Notes: generated from the letters alone by a model not told the origin. Shown: positions 23,803-37,600, counted from the stretch's first letter. The stretch is DNA of 64,000 bases from Neoechinorhynchus agilis (GCA_051530055.1 CM121341.1:14238784-14302783), one strand, 5' to 3'. Program-made: numbers and translations.

Positions 23803-24740
23803 CTATGATATATTTTAATATTTATAAAATAAACGCTGAAACCCGAAAAGTATCTTGCGTCATCATCAATCCTGCTTTTGGCTACGAAGGTTATAATTAG
23901 TTTTGTTGAATATAGCATTTCTATGATAAACATGGACTTACTGGCAAGCTTGAAAAACTATTGACGGAATCCAAGCTTAAATACGATTGAAAACATTGGA
24001 GCTATATGCAATGTCGATTCATTTAACGAAATAGCTCAAAATACGGAGTTAGAAATGAGTTGTATTATGGACATTTCGTTTGCATGATCTCTACAGATAA
24101 GGAAGGCGAGTAGACACTCGCTAAGGACGTAAATCGCATGAAATCATCGATAAAGCAAATTGGTAAGGAATTTGGAGGTGAAAATAACGAAGATTAATAC
24201 TTTTAGGTACTCGCCCATCGATAAGAGATGAAGGTAAATGGTTTATATAATATTGATCGGTACAACGTTATATTCGTGTTTAAACAAGACTTATAACCAT
24301 CGATAATTTTTCAATTTGTGAAAAAGGTTTTCAATCCGATAAAAACCAATTTTCATTTTTGACTAAAAATTAAGTAGTGTCAAGCGAAATCTGCTTCAAA
24401 TGAAAAATCCCATTGTTTATAGTCATACTAATGTTTGTGAAAGTCAACTTCAACAATTTCACGGGTCTTTTCTTCTGATCAATAACCCATGGTGTAAACT
24501 AAAAAATTTTGCGGCCATTACGAATATCATAAAGAATTTAGGAATATACCGAACAAATCTGTGAGCGAATCTAAAGTCGAATAAGCATTCCTCGCATGTT
24601 ACATATTGGAATGGTCATACACTGCTGAAAAAAAATGCCACGGTGTTTTCTTATCTTGATCAACATTGAAGAATGTCACTTTTGTTATACTAAACGATTA
24701 TTCTGTTTTGTGATAATAGCGATCCCCTGTAAACCATTCG

Positions 24741-25464
24741 TCAACTCCATACGTCGTCAATGAGCAATCCACTCTTCCACACATGCAAAGTGACCTTAAA
24801 TCGTCCGTTATCCTGAACAACGTTCTTAACGAGAACGCGCCTTGAATGCCGTTTCGTGCATTGGTCGCCAGTATTGATCGATTTATCCGACAGAACATCG
24901 ATTGTATCACCTTCTGATATCTTCGTGGAGGTCGTATCAAAAATACAACGTCGTTCGAAATACCTTCCTTGCTTTATTCAGTAATCGCTCACTGTTTATA
25001 CGAACATCCCCATTCAAGAAAGCATTTTCAAAAGCTCTAGAAAAATGGCACATTTTTAAGGACAGAGAAGTACCGACCGTCTTGATGTTCCAAATGCAAT
25101 GCTGGCAACACTGTCAATCCTAAGTGACTTAACAATCTTTTCTACCTGCTTGCACCCTAAAAATACATCATAGTTCAATACGTTCATCCAACTCGAAAAT
25201 ACCCGAATTGAGAGCTTCAGTTGACATTTCAGTTTCTTCGTAATCTGAACGCGGATTTCCATCAGGAGAAAATAATGAAAATCATCGGTTTTCGTCAAAA
25301 TCAACATCATCTTCTAAATCGTTATTATTTGTTTGCCTCCTTCGGTAGGAAATTGAACGGGTTTGAGCGAGGGATAAGTCTGCTTTATTCAGCGCATGAT
25401 CATCCATTCTTATATTGTTTCGGTACAATACACCCAGACGTCGAATCAAAGCGAACGTAAACAT
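24741..25464 (-). CDS. MTRES1: MTRES1/C6orf203-like mitochondrial S4-domain RNA-binding protein; in-frame TGA at 25282-25284
   Basis: Three GT-AG introns give LRIDSVASIAFGTSRRAFENAFLNGDVRINSERLLNKARKISEGDTIDVL...FKVTLHVWKS, collinear with the MTRES1 S4-like domain. Basic N-terminal targeting-like peptide and an acidic tract precede it. Confidence 0.75.
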
Positions 25465-25799
25465 CTTTGAATGACTGAATAGGTATTAGATTTCATTTCC
25501 TGTTTCTAATTGAACGCATGGGTAAACTTAATAAGCTGAACAAATCTCAAATTTACAACATTCATGACTCTTCCAACAAAAGATACTTTTCTACAGCGAT
25601 GCTTGAATATTTATGAAATAAATCATGTGATGATAACCCCCAGGATATCTTTTTAGGACATTTGGAAAAACTTACAAGAAATGACTAACGAGGTGAGGCT
25701 TCCTTGCTAAATATTTCATATCTAAAAAATATCTTTTCGATATAATCATCACAATCACAATTCAACCACTTTTGGGAATAAAAAGTTATTTAAAGTTTA

Positions 25800-25872
25800 T
25801 GCAGCGAATCAGCGCGGCGATCCAACGCGGCAATGCCACGGCCATCAAGGAAGCTGCCATACAATCATGACG
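25800..25872 (+). mobile_element. ~70-bp 3' tip of the CRE family seen at 18.5-21.5 kb
   Basis: gcagcgaatc..gcgatccaacgcggcaatgc..ggccatcaaggaagctgcc..acaatcat matches 21358-21428. Confidence 0.8.
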
Positions 25873-26249
25873 ACAGTTGCAGAATTGGACGAAAAGCAGG
25901 AATTTGTGGACGAAAAGAATGAATGTTATTCTTCTGAAATATTTCGGATTTAAAGTTTTTAACCATTCTGAAGACAAATTTAATAGGTTTGATGCGGAGA
26001 AAACTTTTAGATTAAACTTAGCGATTTTTCTTTTAACTGCAAGTCTTCAAAAATCACTAATTTCGCTAATAGAAAATGAAGCGATTAACGCACTAAATTT
26101 TCAAGAATACACAACGACATAGTTTACGTGACAAAGAAAACGAAAAAAGAACTGACAAAACATAGTTCAAAACCCGATCACATAGGCTTCATCTTCACGT
26201 ACCGTTAAAAGATAGAATTTTCCATACGGAAATCTGAAGCATCCGAACA

Positions 26250-26640
26250 CACTGAGGAAGAGATCAGACGGCGAAAGCTCGGAAATAAAGAGTTCCTTTT
26301 TTCTTTCCATTTAAAAACAATAAGTGACCAATCATGCGGCTGGAAAATCGAAAATTAAGATCAGCAAAGCGGAATATCGGGGTCTCGACAAGCGACCTAA
26401 AGAACAATAACAAGTCTATACTTGGCCGACTAAAAATCTTCGACGCACGATAGGTGAACATCGAAGCGCTGTTGAACAAGAAAATGGACCAAAGCTCTGC
26501 AGTGGTGAGTCACTCGACATCAAATTACCAGATTGATTTTGACAAAGTCAACGTATTGCAGCACCTGAAGAAGTTCGATGAGACGAACGAAATATTGAGA
26601 TCAATAAGTCAATATCTGTTATACTTATCACGAAAGAACA
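26250..26640 (+). mobile_element. Degenerate Penelope GIY-YIG fragment
   Basis: LRRTIGEHRSAV..SAVVSHSTSNYQIDFDKVNVL typical of the Penelope endonuclease C-terminal half. Confidence 0.6.
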
Positions 26641-27574
26641 CATATATATAAATGAACAACTTTAAAATATATCTAACCACCCGAATGTAGTGCTCAATAA
26701 AAGAGTTTTGAACCTACGACTTAATGATACACTTTGAAATCGTCACCTGAATCACAACCGCATGTAACGCATTATCATGTTCGAGCTCGTTAAAAACGGA
26801 TCTTTGCTGTGAATAGACACGGAAGGCTGTAGATTTTGGCGGCGGTGTCGTCTTTGGCATAGTTGCGCGAATGTAAGTGTGTTCATGCCAAGTTATCGTT
26901 TGGTTGGTGCGATGGTCTATATGGTTGCGAATTTGGTATTAAGTCAATAAATAACATTTACGCTAGTCTAACATTGAGCATTTGGAATTCTATTTTGCCG
27001 ATAAACACTCGCAACAATACTAACCGGTAAACACTCGCCACTAGATCTCAATTCAATGTAGAAGGCTTGTCCGTGAATCAACAGAAAAAAATCAGAGTTT
27101 TTGTTTATTTGCGAAAATCAACAATTAAGACGAATAATTTGCCACTTTTCATCGGCGGGGGAACCATCAGTTCCTTTAAACAGAGCAAAACAGCCGTAAT
27201 CCCAATTCATTTCATCGTCCATCAACCTCCCCTCGACTATCATCAACCGAAATGAAAAGGAGGAAAAACCCAGCCTTACAAACACGCGAATATTCATATC
27301 AACAACCGCATTCATTGAACAAATCAGAAATCGAGTGTTTATAAGGACCCAAAGGTACATTGGTCATATTCTTTTTGGATTAAGAAATAAACGTGTTATT
27401 ATCAAATTGCGCGCACTTATTTGTTTGTGTTTATGGTGTTCATCAGGAAAAGGCGTCGATGGCGGCAGAAACGGCTTTGTATTATGCATTGAACGTTTTC
27501 AAACAACTCCCAACGATAATCGAAATTGACTGGAAACAAGTGAACTTTGATTCTTAGCTACAAGCAAATTAAGT

Positions 27575-27790
27575 TTCTAATGATGACATTGATCCGCCAA
27601 CAGCCTTAATTCGGTTACATAATCCGTCACCGACTCGGTATTCGTTTGTCGACGGGTCATCAAGCGGTACCGCGCCGCAATCACATTAGTTGCTTTGCAA
27701 TATGACTTTTTTAAAACTCCTTTAGCATCTTGATAAGTTCTACATGTTTTGATTTGAGCATAGACCTATGGACCTACACAATTGATAAGG
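27575..27790 (-). mobile_element. Gypsy-type LTR retrotransposon gag fragment
   Basis: TYQDAKGVLKKSYCKATNVIAARYRLMTRRQTNTESVTDYVTELRLLADQC matches the retrotransposon gag pattern (Q...ESV.DY..ELR.LA..C). Confidence 0.75.
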
Positions 27791-27899
27791 CGGACCAATT
27801 TCCCTTTATCGTCTAGCTCGAAATCCTGTATGTAATTTTCGAATGTTGCGAGCCAATGCTCAAAGATTTCGGCTGAGTGGCAATCACTTGGTATCGTAT

Positions 27900-29100
27900 T
27901 AGCCTATCTGGTTTCAGCAAAGCACCATTGACTTTATGAATTGTTGTATCGAGAGTGTCGTCGTCACATTCGCCATCACACAGACATATACATGGTCAAT
28001 TATGAGAAGGGCATAAAGAACGATATAAGAGGATTAAAACACTTGTGGATATATGTTGATGATGTTTGCATGGTATTCAACAATGATCCAAGTGATTTAG
28101 AGGTTGAAAGTATACTTAACGCTAAAAATCCGTCGATCCAGTGGACAATTGAGCGAGAGAAAAACAATCGAATATCTTTTCTGACGTGGAAATAGTGAAA
28201 CATGTGGATAGAATCGAAACAAAGGTATACAGAAAACCCAACATAAACTGGCACACAAGTAAATGGGCATCACATTCTCCAGTGAGATACAAGATAGCAG
28301 CATCGGATGCCTTATTCAGGAAAGCTATGGGAATATGCTCCGAGGAGAAGGGACAGAGGCAAGAAATTGATTCAATAACATCAATGCTCAGAGAGGAGGG
28401 ATATCCGAATTCGGCAATTAAAAGGTCCTTAATGAAGACGAGGATGAGTTTTCAGCGAGAGAAGAATGAGACGAACACTACATCGAAAAAAACCCGAAAC
28501 CCACCGCCAATCAGAAAATATTCTTAGAATCAAAATTCATCAATGAAGCAATCTTATAAGAAGATGCACGACCCATTCGGTGTCAATATATTCTAAAGCA
28601 GCAATGAAGTTGGCGGGTATATTCAAAAAGAAACCAAAACAAGAGGATAAAAGTATAATATATAAAGTACCATGCAGACAATGCGGAAAATATTGTGTTG
28701 GACAAACAAGCCAAGGACTAAAAAAGCGCATTGACCAGCATAAATATTGTGTGCGCAGAGCAGATGCGTCATCCGCCATAGTAATCATGTTGTAAAAACG
28801 AATCATGAGATCGGATTTGAGGATGCTCATCAGACCATGATCGAGAGTGACTGGAAAAGGAGGGTAATCAAAGAGGCGGTAATGATAAACAACAACTGTA
28901 TGGAGGGGGATACCCAAAGCTGGAAGCTGAAGATTCCATACAAACTAAGACCTGCTCGGGGGGTGGGTGACAGATCACCCGCGGGCCAAAAAACCCCGAG
29001 CACCCGAGTTCTGCCCAAGCTACACTCACCATGTACTATTCTAGATACCTGAGGAGGTCTGCATACACACGAAATTTCGTACAAATAAATCAGTCATCGG
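27900..29100 (+). mobile_element. Penelope-like element 3' half (RT, thumb, GIY-YIG), disrupted
   Basis: WIYVDDVC RT motif, WTIEREKNNRISFL, VYRKP, IIYKVPCRQCGKYCVGQTSQGLKKRIDQH; stops and frameshifts. Confidence 0.88.
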
Positions 29101-30505
29101 GGAGGTTAATAAGGTTGCAACTATCAATAAATTGAATTCCCCCCTCCGATTGAAATCAAAGACACAATACAACTGCAACTCAATCGTCCCAAAGGAATTT
29201 CTCTCGATTATTTTGTTAAATGTGTTCTTTATTTTGCTGATAATCGATTAACCCTCATAGTTAACGAACCAAAGGATTCCAAATGGCATAAGAACTCCAT
29301 AACGAATCTAGGTTCGGCGTTAATTTTAAAACATATAGGGCGTCAGCTTCTGTGTTTCCTTTGCTTACAACATTTGAATACGATCCAACAATCTGTAAAA
29401 AAATTTACTCTTATTGTGTAATGCCGGAAATTTTTTTTCACTTCAACACAGAATAAATGTGACCGACCAGCCAGACTTAAAAAGAAATTTTGAAATCAAT
29501 GCTAATGTGGAAATTCAACGGTATCAGGGAGCGTATTGTCACCCAAGGATGCTTTCTCTTAATTTTTTGTTTTGTCTGATTTTCTAGACGAATTTGCAAT
29601 TTGTTCGATGAAGGACAGCAGGTACAAAACATTTACTGCTCGACCGTAATAGAAATGTTGCTTCGATTGAAAAAAATTAAAAGGGCTTAAAAAGAAGATC
29701 CTCCAGGGTGGTAAACATTAGAGGGTGGTAAACATAATCCCGGTTAAAGATTCCTTTATTATTATGACGCAAGCACAGTAAAACGTCGATTATAAGAATT
29801 AATTACGACCGGACACCATTTGGATAAGAGATTTTTCGGATAACCGAAAACCCAATGTGATGTGTTCTTAACATGCAGGGAAAGTATAAAAATAAAATTG
29901 GCGTGGAATTACATAATTTTAGCTTCTTTGTTGAAAATAAAGTGGAACACCGTTTATCCGAATTAATTGAGACCGAACAGCATTCAAATACGCGATTTAT
30001 CGGATACCCGAAAACCCAATGATGTGTATCCAGTTTTGAAAACTAGACTACATTAAAGTTTTTAACATGAGGTGAAAGTGGTTTAGTAAAACAAAATTGA
30101 TGTAGAATTTCAAAATTTTAGCTTTATTGTCTAGAAAGCATTTTGCGGTAAGAAAGCTCAATTATGTAAAGTTCATGTAGTTGAGAAAAATATATCCGGA
30201 TAATTGACGTTCGGATAATCGATTTTTCACTGTATTTAATAAATAACCCCTACAAATTTGATCCTCTTCGATAACTGGTCGTAATTGAGTGCACTTGATT
30301 TGTAACTTACTTCGAGAAATTTATTCTTATGTTTGTCATTTCTTTTTTGGACTAGTACGACAATTATCGGTTGTAAGAATGGATAATTGAATCCTAAAAT
30401 TGCAGCGAACCTAAGTAACACTTCTATTTGTTTAATATTATTCACAAATATTCTCGAGTGGCGCCGAATTTTTGTTTTTATCGTCGTAATTAATTATTAT
30501 ATTTT

Positions 30506-31135
30506 ATGCAAGACAGTGCTTTACGTGTGAGCATGACCTCTATTCTCTGTTGCCACTTCAAGGGACGAAAATTAACCTCTCACAACCGCAAAAGTTCTCT
30601 TGTGTCTGTGGAATTTCATTTACAAAAAGGAACTCAGTGCTGCTATGATAAATTAAAACTTGGAATGGCAACAAGGACGTGTTTTCTCAAACCGCTTGAT
30701 AATAATCAGTTGATCGGTCTTGCACTTACAAAGTCCACGGACACAGAAGGTGTTGAAATCGCCGGTATTGGTCATTGTCTCGTTACAGGATATTCCCCAG
30801 GAATCGGAGATAAGATTTTAAGTGTCAACAACATTAATGTACAATCATTTGGAGTCCTGTGTGTCCTTAGAGTGATACTATCTGAAACAAAGAAAGGAGA
30901 TATAAAGCTAGTGACCGCTAGACCAAAACGACAAACTCGGGCTTATAGAAGAAGCTATACTACGAGATACTCAAGAGCGAGTGAATTGTCGATAATGTCA
31001 AATGAAGTGCAACAGCAAGTTAATCAACGGCATCTTACTGTGCACTTAAGCCCCAAAGGTATTCCTACAAGTATAGAATTTGGACTAAAGAAAATTTCTG
31101 AACCTACATTCGTCAATGCAATTCTCAAGATTTGA
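30506..31135 (+). CDS. PDZ-domain protein (likely start MATRT at 30665)
   Basis: IGLAL..GVEIAGI..PGIGDKILSVNNINV..GDIKLV fits the PDZ fold pattern. Confidence 0.6.
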   Translation: MQDSALRVSMTSILCCHFKGRKLTSHNRKSSLVSVEFHLQKGTQCCYDKLKLGMATRTCFLKPLDNNQLIGLALTKSTDTEGVEIAGIGHCLVTGYSPGIGDKILSVNNINVQSFGVLCVLRVILSETKKGDIKLVTARPKRQTRAYRRSYTTRYSRASELSIMSNEVQQQVNQRHLTVHLSPKGIPTSIEFGLKKISEPTFVNAILKI

Positions 31136-31963
31136 CGTCTGAATTGTTGCTCTTGTAACGCATTGGCTAAGTACTTTTTGCTGACGTTCGAAATAGGGTT
31201 GAACGATCTGCTTTCACATATTCTGTAGTTTGGCCAAAATAGAGTAATATAGACTTTTTGGTTTCAAAAGTTGCTTGTCTCATCTGTAACCTTACACCGA
31301 AATCGAAAAGAAATTTCAGCTTAGCGTTTGAAAATACTTCTAATTTTCTTCATTGTTCAACTTAAAGGTTAAAGGTACTAATTTAGCGTACAAAATTTGA
31401 CAAGGTTTCTTTTCATGAAAATGGTAGTCATGTTCATTCGACTAAATGGGGTATTCCAATCATCTTGTTCCTTTTGTAGCGAACTTATAAAATTCGTTTA
31501 GATTTCTTAATCCAGTCAAGCGTCCAAAAACGTAATATTCACATGGACGCTTTTGGAAAATGGGAAGAAGTTTCCCTACAACCTGATAGACATAGTCAAA
31601 TCAGCAGTTACCTTAGACAAAGTCGTCTTTCGAGTGGGATTAAAATTTCTAGAAGATGAAAGTATCGCTGGAATGATAAGAGTAAGACAATAATATCAAA
31701 TTATACATTCTATATTTTTTGTCTCTTATGAAATAAAAAGAGCGATAAAACGGAAAATCATTTTTCGGTTGATTTTTGTAGGGAATTATCGAGTAGAAAA
31801 AAGAGTTAATGTCATATTATCAATTTATATCAACTGTGATGGACGATCTCATTTAGTTTACGAAAATACTATTCAAGTATTTGAATTTTAAACTTTGCGC
31901 CTACTCAGAATGCTCGCGTTGAACTCCAATAAGTTCTAGATGCTTGGGTTTATATTAAAAAAA

Positions 31964-34147
31964 TTTAATATAGAGATGGAAATTATCTGATATCAATGAA
32001 ATTGATGACGCCGCTGCCTTTATTGTTGAATGAATCTTCCTGCATTCCGATTTTCTTTCCTCATCAATCTCTCGCTGAACATAACGGTCATAGCAGTGCC
32101 TTTTCCTTGGCTCCATTGGCGTTCGTTGTTGAGGATCCGTATGGTCAACAGAATGTCTCCTCGTTTACGACTGCTGTTTTTTTCCTATCAGGTTGCTCGG
32201 ACCGTCTGGATAAAACATTGCTACTGTTGTCGACGTCGCGGATCGGACTGCGGTGCTTATATTTTGAACCCAATATTTGTAAAAAATCAACAATGGTCGG
32301 ATATTTGTTGCAAATAAAAATATTTATCCGTTTACGGTGACTTTTGTTGTCCCTGCGTTCAAGAACCGCTTGGTACTGGCATAAAACCTCGAACTACCTT
32401 GAATTTCATAAAGTCAAAAGGATGCATTGTATTTTTGCACCTATGAAATCGATCTTGACAGAAAGTGTCTTTTTTATATAAAAACGTAAGGATGATACCA
32501 CGGGTTGCAAGTATTAAAAAAATGCAAAGCAGTCAAAACGGGAATGATGTTTCTGTATTTATTACAATTGCTTACTCTAGAACGGTTCATTTGTGATGAC
32601 GGCAATTTATGATCGCTTTTAGACTTCAAATCGTTTTTAAACTATGCCATAGATACTAAATTCTGCTCCCATATCAATAAAGGTATTAAAGATATCGCGA
32701 TTCATAAAGCGCTCACCGTATCGATATCGATCACACTGCATAGTGTCAACATGGACGTATACCTCCATTAGCAAAGTGAAGCCGTACCTAAAAAATTGCT
32801 AGTGTTTTGGAACGATAGTTCTTATCCGTATACAAGATCATAAATGTTCTCGTCGAATATGACGACTTAATTTCTCTAGCTGATCAATGTTTTCGCAAAT
32901 TCCAATAGTTTGTATCAATTTATTGGTAAATTACTATTGCATCAGCCTGTATTTTCAAACGCTTTCTATCTCGTTTAAACGAATACATTTATTCATCTAT
33001 ATTGGTAACAATCGATATTGACATTCAACTCTAAGTTATTTTATCTGTTATTTATTTTGCTCAGTCCTTAGACCCCAATTTAAAGGATCGCAGCATTTTA
33101 CGCATGCAATTTACACTTTCATGTACATTGCTAAAATGTAGAAAATAGCTTATCATAACAGATACGCTTTCATTTTTCAAAATTTCTAAAATAATTTTTT
33201 TACAGTTATATTGTGCAAAAATATTTCCAAGTTGTTAGTTATTCTAATGCATTTTAAGTCCAGAAGTCAATAATAAGCTTTTATTTGCTACAAAAATGAG
33301 CAAGCAGCCAATAAAAGCAAGCCTCGACAGAACTTTTTGTACGATGATTCGATGACCTTAGCGATTTTTTTTGACAGATGTAGCGATGAATCGGTTGGAT
33401 TATTTTCGCTTATAAAAATACGCAGTAAATGAAAAAACCAGTATCTCCAAATCACTTTCATCATTACTAAAATCTTGTTGATTCAATTACAAAAATACCT
33501 TTTGGTTTTGTCGGAATTCTAGTAAATTGTTTCTATTGGATAATCTTTACATATCTTTGCTTCGGATGCCATCGTCCTCTATCTCGAACGACAGATCCGA
33601 AGAGCAACTTTACAGAATCGCGATTTTGTTGTTTTCGCGGCACAAACATCATCTTCCGGAAAACAAACACCCTTCACATACAATAAAGACATAAACCCAA
33701 AATTTATTAAGACTATTTTAAATCTTCAAAGGTTCAATCAGGAGAGAAAATCCGTAAAATAGATTTTACAAGATAGCTCTCCGGCGTATGATTTTTCTTT
33801 ATATATTGAAGTAGACCAGGAAAGCAGCCAAGATCGCGTTGACTCATAACGAACTCGGCTACTTTATCTTCACTCACTCCTTTGATTTGAACAAGAAGTC
33901 GAGCAACGGCTTCTCGTACGCTGATTCCGCCATCACGATTTATGATAGCGCGTTTTGCGTATTTTTCGTTAAAATTGTCGAGAGGAATTCGTTCCATCGA
34001 TAAATTAAAATGTTTATTCAAATATCTGGTCATTTCAGTAATTTATCGAGCTGTATCCGTGGGATTTCGGCAATATACTATTTGGAATCCATCCAGGACT
34101 AATGCATTCACGCAAGCCTGTTCAATTGTGGGTTTTTTAAATCCGTC
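31964..34147. repeat. Recent segmental duplication of the RBBP6-MUS81 region with two internal deletions
   Basis: 31964-32020 matches 41144-41200; 32020-32262 matches one RBBP6 repeat unit; 32263-34147 is near-identical to 44430-46317. Confidence 0.9.
33734..34147 (-). pseudogene. MUS81: 5'-truncated MUS81 copy (C-terminal part only)
   Basis: Near-identical to 45904-46317; lacks the GDF and ERK catalytic motifs; breaks into a dispersed repeat at 34148. Confidence 0.85.
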
Positions 34148-34689
34148 GACGAAATATTTGAAAATGATTTTTCAGCATTGTAAAATGTAAAAGTGGGTTT
34201 AGATGGTATCAGTTCTGGGCAATGCCGAAAAATGTGAACTCGAGAATCTCGTGTGATCGATTAATTTTGTAATTATTGGTTTCTGAAAAAGCTACAAAAT
34301 AAGTGATTTTACGTGTATTGAAAACCGAGCCCCAGTAAGAACAACATTATCGCTTATTTGTGTGTGATCCGATACACTGGGTCCGAACACGATGATTTCT
34401 CATAAGATTTATGTGAAAATCATCGAGCGGTGATTTTAGCAACCGAAAAGCGTTTAGAACGCGCGTCCAAGAAAATTACAAAAAGGACGCGAAAATATGA
34501 CCGTGTTTTATTATATTGAGTTTTTATTTACTACGTTGGAATGTAAAACATCAGTGTTTTCAAATGGGCTTCTAAACTAAAGCTAAACACGCAAGCCGAA
34601 TACATGAACGCTTTTTAAGATATCAAGTTTTATTTTCTGTGTTAGAATGTAAAACATCAGTGTTTTCAAACGCGCGTCTACATTAAAGT
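34148..34689. repeat. Dispersed repeat family R with ~120-bp tandem subunits
   Basis: aatgccga.aaatgt.aactcgagaat..tgtgatcgattaat also at ~39520 and ~48400; subunit gttggaatgtaaaacatcagtgttttcaaa..cgcgtcta repeated. Confidence 0.8.
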
Positions 34690-37600
34690 TATTATTATTA
34701 AACTCACGCCTCATACAAACACACAAATCAGTTCCCTAATTCTTTAGTTTATGCGTCCCAGCATGTCCAGGGTCCAAGACAACTGTGAATTGAAGGACGA
34801 TCTCTTAAATCCCTCACAGCAGCCTCGAGTACCCTTTCTTATTATCTATTAATAATTATCATTTTCTTATCCTGAGCCTGTAAAAGAAAGAAGAGCGTAA
34901 AGAAATCACTTACCTCTTTCTTGTTTAATAGATTAGTGGAATTACTAGGTAAAAAACTAGAAGAGTTACTGTAAAATATTATATGAATTGAAGAGTTATA
35001 TTTAAAATATTTATAGATAGAATTAAGATTAGAGAAAAAAAGGATTTTAGACAAAAAAATTCTTGTTAAAAAGGAAAAAGAAGAGTTCCGTATCTATATT
35101 ATTTCTAAGGAGAATATTACTAAGCTTATTCAGCAAGGTACGATAAAATGAAAGCCTATTTTCAGGGGACCGGCCTCGTGCGAAAAAGCAAATGGAACCT
35201 CCTAAAAAGATTTTTAAAACTTTAAAGATAAAAAGAGAAGGGATGGAGAGCTTTTTTGCTCTTTTGATCACGATAATTGTTTTTGCCAAGTCTTTTAAGG
35301 GACGAGTTAATAAAAATTCTATGATTCTTACAAGGGAAGTCTACATCTAAAATCCTGGAATGTGATCTAAAGTAGACATTAGGGAAATATAAATTAGATG
35401 TTAATTCATTAATTAGAAGCTCCCTCGAGACCAAGGTTTTAGTTAGTGGAATAAAGAAAGTTTTGTTACTATTTACGACCAGGTTGGCTTTCCTAAGTTC
35501 CGAAGACAAAGAATTCATAAAATTAGCTATATTATTAGTTAGGATTGAAGATGTTCTAGCTTTACAAAATAGAAATATATCATCCGCATAAACTAGCGGA
35601 TATATGGAAGAAGATTTCTTTAATTTTTTAAAAATATATATGAGGGCAATTAAGAATAAGATGAGCGGGAGGGGCGAGCCTTGAGAAACGCCATACCTAG
35701 AGAAAAATTTAGTGTGAGAAGGGTTCACCTCATAGTAAAATGACTTAGATTCCATAAGATAGTTGGTTTTGTAGATAAGATTTAGAGGAACCTTAAGATT
35801 AACTAAGGCCTGATAAAGGAAAGAGCGACCCAAGACGTCAAAAGCCTTATTAATATCCAACTGAATGAGAAGTTTTTGTAAATTAATAGCTTTATTCATA
35901 GAATTAAGAGAGAACAAAAGCGAAGTAACACCTTTACCCGAAATAAAACCATGAAAAGAGTCAGGTATAAGATTTCTAGAAACTAAAAAGTCATACAGCT
36001 TCCCGTTCACCGCTCTTTCTAAGCAAGAGACGATTGGGTTCTGTATGGATATGACTATAATGTGGGAAGCGTTAAAAATACGTCTTTTCGTCTTGGAAAT
36101 AAAAAATTTCTTAACAATATTAACGTTAAGGAGATCATTAAAATCAATTTTCGATAGACGAAGCCTATTAAAAAATCAATTGAACATCATAAGAAATAGA
36201 AGCAAAATTATTGGGTGAAGTGCAACTTATACTATAAGCCTTAGAGGGGTAGCTACCACTTCAAAATTCCATGAGAAAGACTTTTTATTATAGATAGGAA
36301 GTGGAGGAGAAGAACATGCACTAAAAGTATGCGCCATCAAAATAGACTCGATTACTGTAGGATAAGATATAGAGCCAATCCAGTTGGATGCGTTTGCCTT
36401 CCAACAAACTGGTCTCCTGTTCAAAATACAGGACCAAGAATCCTTACCAAAAGGCTTAAGAGAGATCAGCTTCTTTTTGTCCAAAGAAACTTGATGATAA
36501 AACTTAGCCGTGTAAAATTTTTTCATAAAGAAGTTTTTAAGAGGAGAGTTATTATACAAATCAGCTATAACAGTTTTTTTATAAAACATGTTGGCTTCAT
36601 GACAGACAGGGGGTCGCTTGATCATAGACTTGATAATTAAATTTTTATGTACAAAAGTCAGATAAGGAGATAGAAGTATGTGAGTTCATAAAAGATAAGA
36701 GATCATTATTAAATTTCGATAAGCTTTGAGGATTAAAAACAAAAGTGTCCTTAAGAGAAATGCCATTAGATTTAAAAAGAATGAAGTCATGCCCTAACAA
36801 TCTCTGTGACTGAAGTTGGGAAGCAGGATAGAATAGAATTGGAATTGACTTTTTAATAATTGCTCCATCCAAGAAGGTATGTCTATTGGATTTAACATTA
36901 TGAAATGAAGAATATTTAGGGAGCAAAAAATTGTGAAACTTAAAAAGGGCCTAAAAGCATTTAAAAATTACTATTGAAATCGCCGACAATAAAGTCGGGA
37001 TTCCAGCAACGGAGGATATGTATAAAAGATTTAGTAAAATTTCCAACATGTCTGGGTTGAATATACAAGTTGCAAATGATAAGAGTAGGAGAGAAAAAGG
37101 ATGAGGTACCATAAAAGGGATTCTTAAAAGAAAGAATTTGCATTGCAAAAGAGATATTTTTAGTTTGAAAGAGAAGTTTAGAAGAGTGAAATTTAAGAAT
37201 AAATGTTTGGAGTCCTCCAGAGAAGCTAATATGCTGATTGGTTGATGAGGAGCAAGGGAGAAGAATATGAAAATCATAATTATCGAAAAGAAACAATTTA
37301 GAAAAGCCGGTTTCTTGAAAACATAACATATCAAATATACAAGGAGTAAGAAAAACGGGAAGACGCGAAACCCTAGATGCATTATATGTAATGAAAGAGA
37401 AAGGAAAGTCCTTTAGAATTGAAACTAGTCATTAATTAAATTTAGGACGTTTGGAATCAATAAATTCCAAGTTACGTGAAGATGGGGAAATATTCCTTTT
37501 AGAATGTTCACAGTCAATCCAGTTTTTTAGAGAGTTAGGTTAGGTAATATAGACGAAGAGTTAGAGGAAGGGTCCGATACAGAACAATTATCAAGTTTGT

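Noticed and set aside
23946-23980. AAGCTT...AAGCTTAA pair resembling the AG...CTTAA insert motif
   Set aside because: No recognisable gene around it; removal does not yield a long open frame; likely chance.
31125-31200. AG|AT at the end of the PDZ ORF as another atypical intron
   Set aside because: Only a weak stem and no convincing downstream coding continuation.
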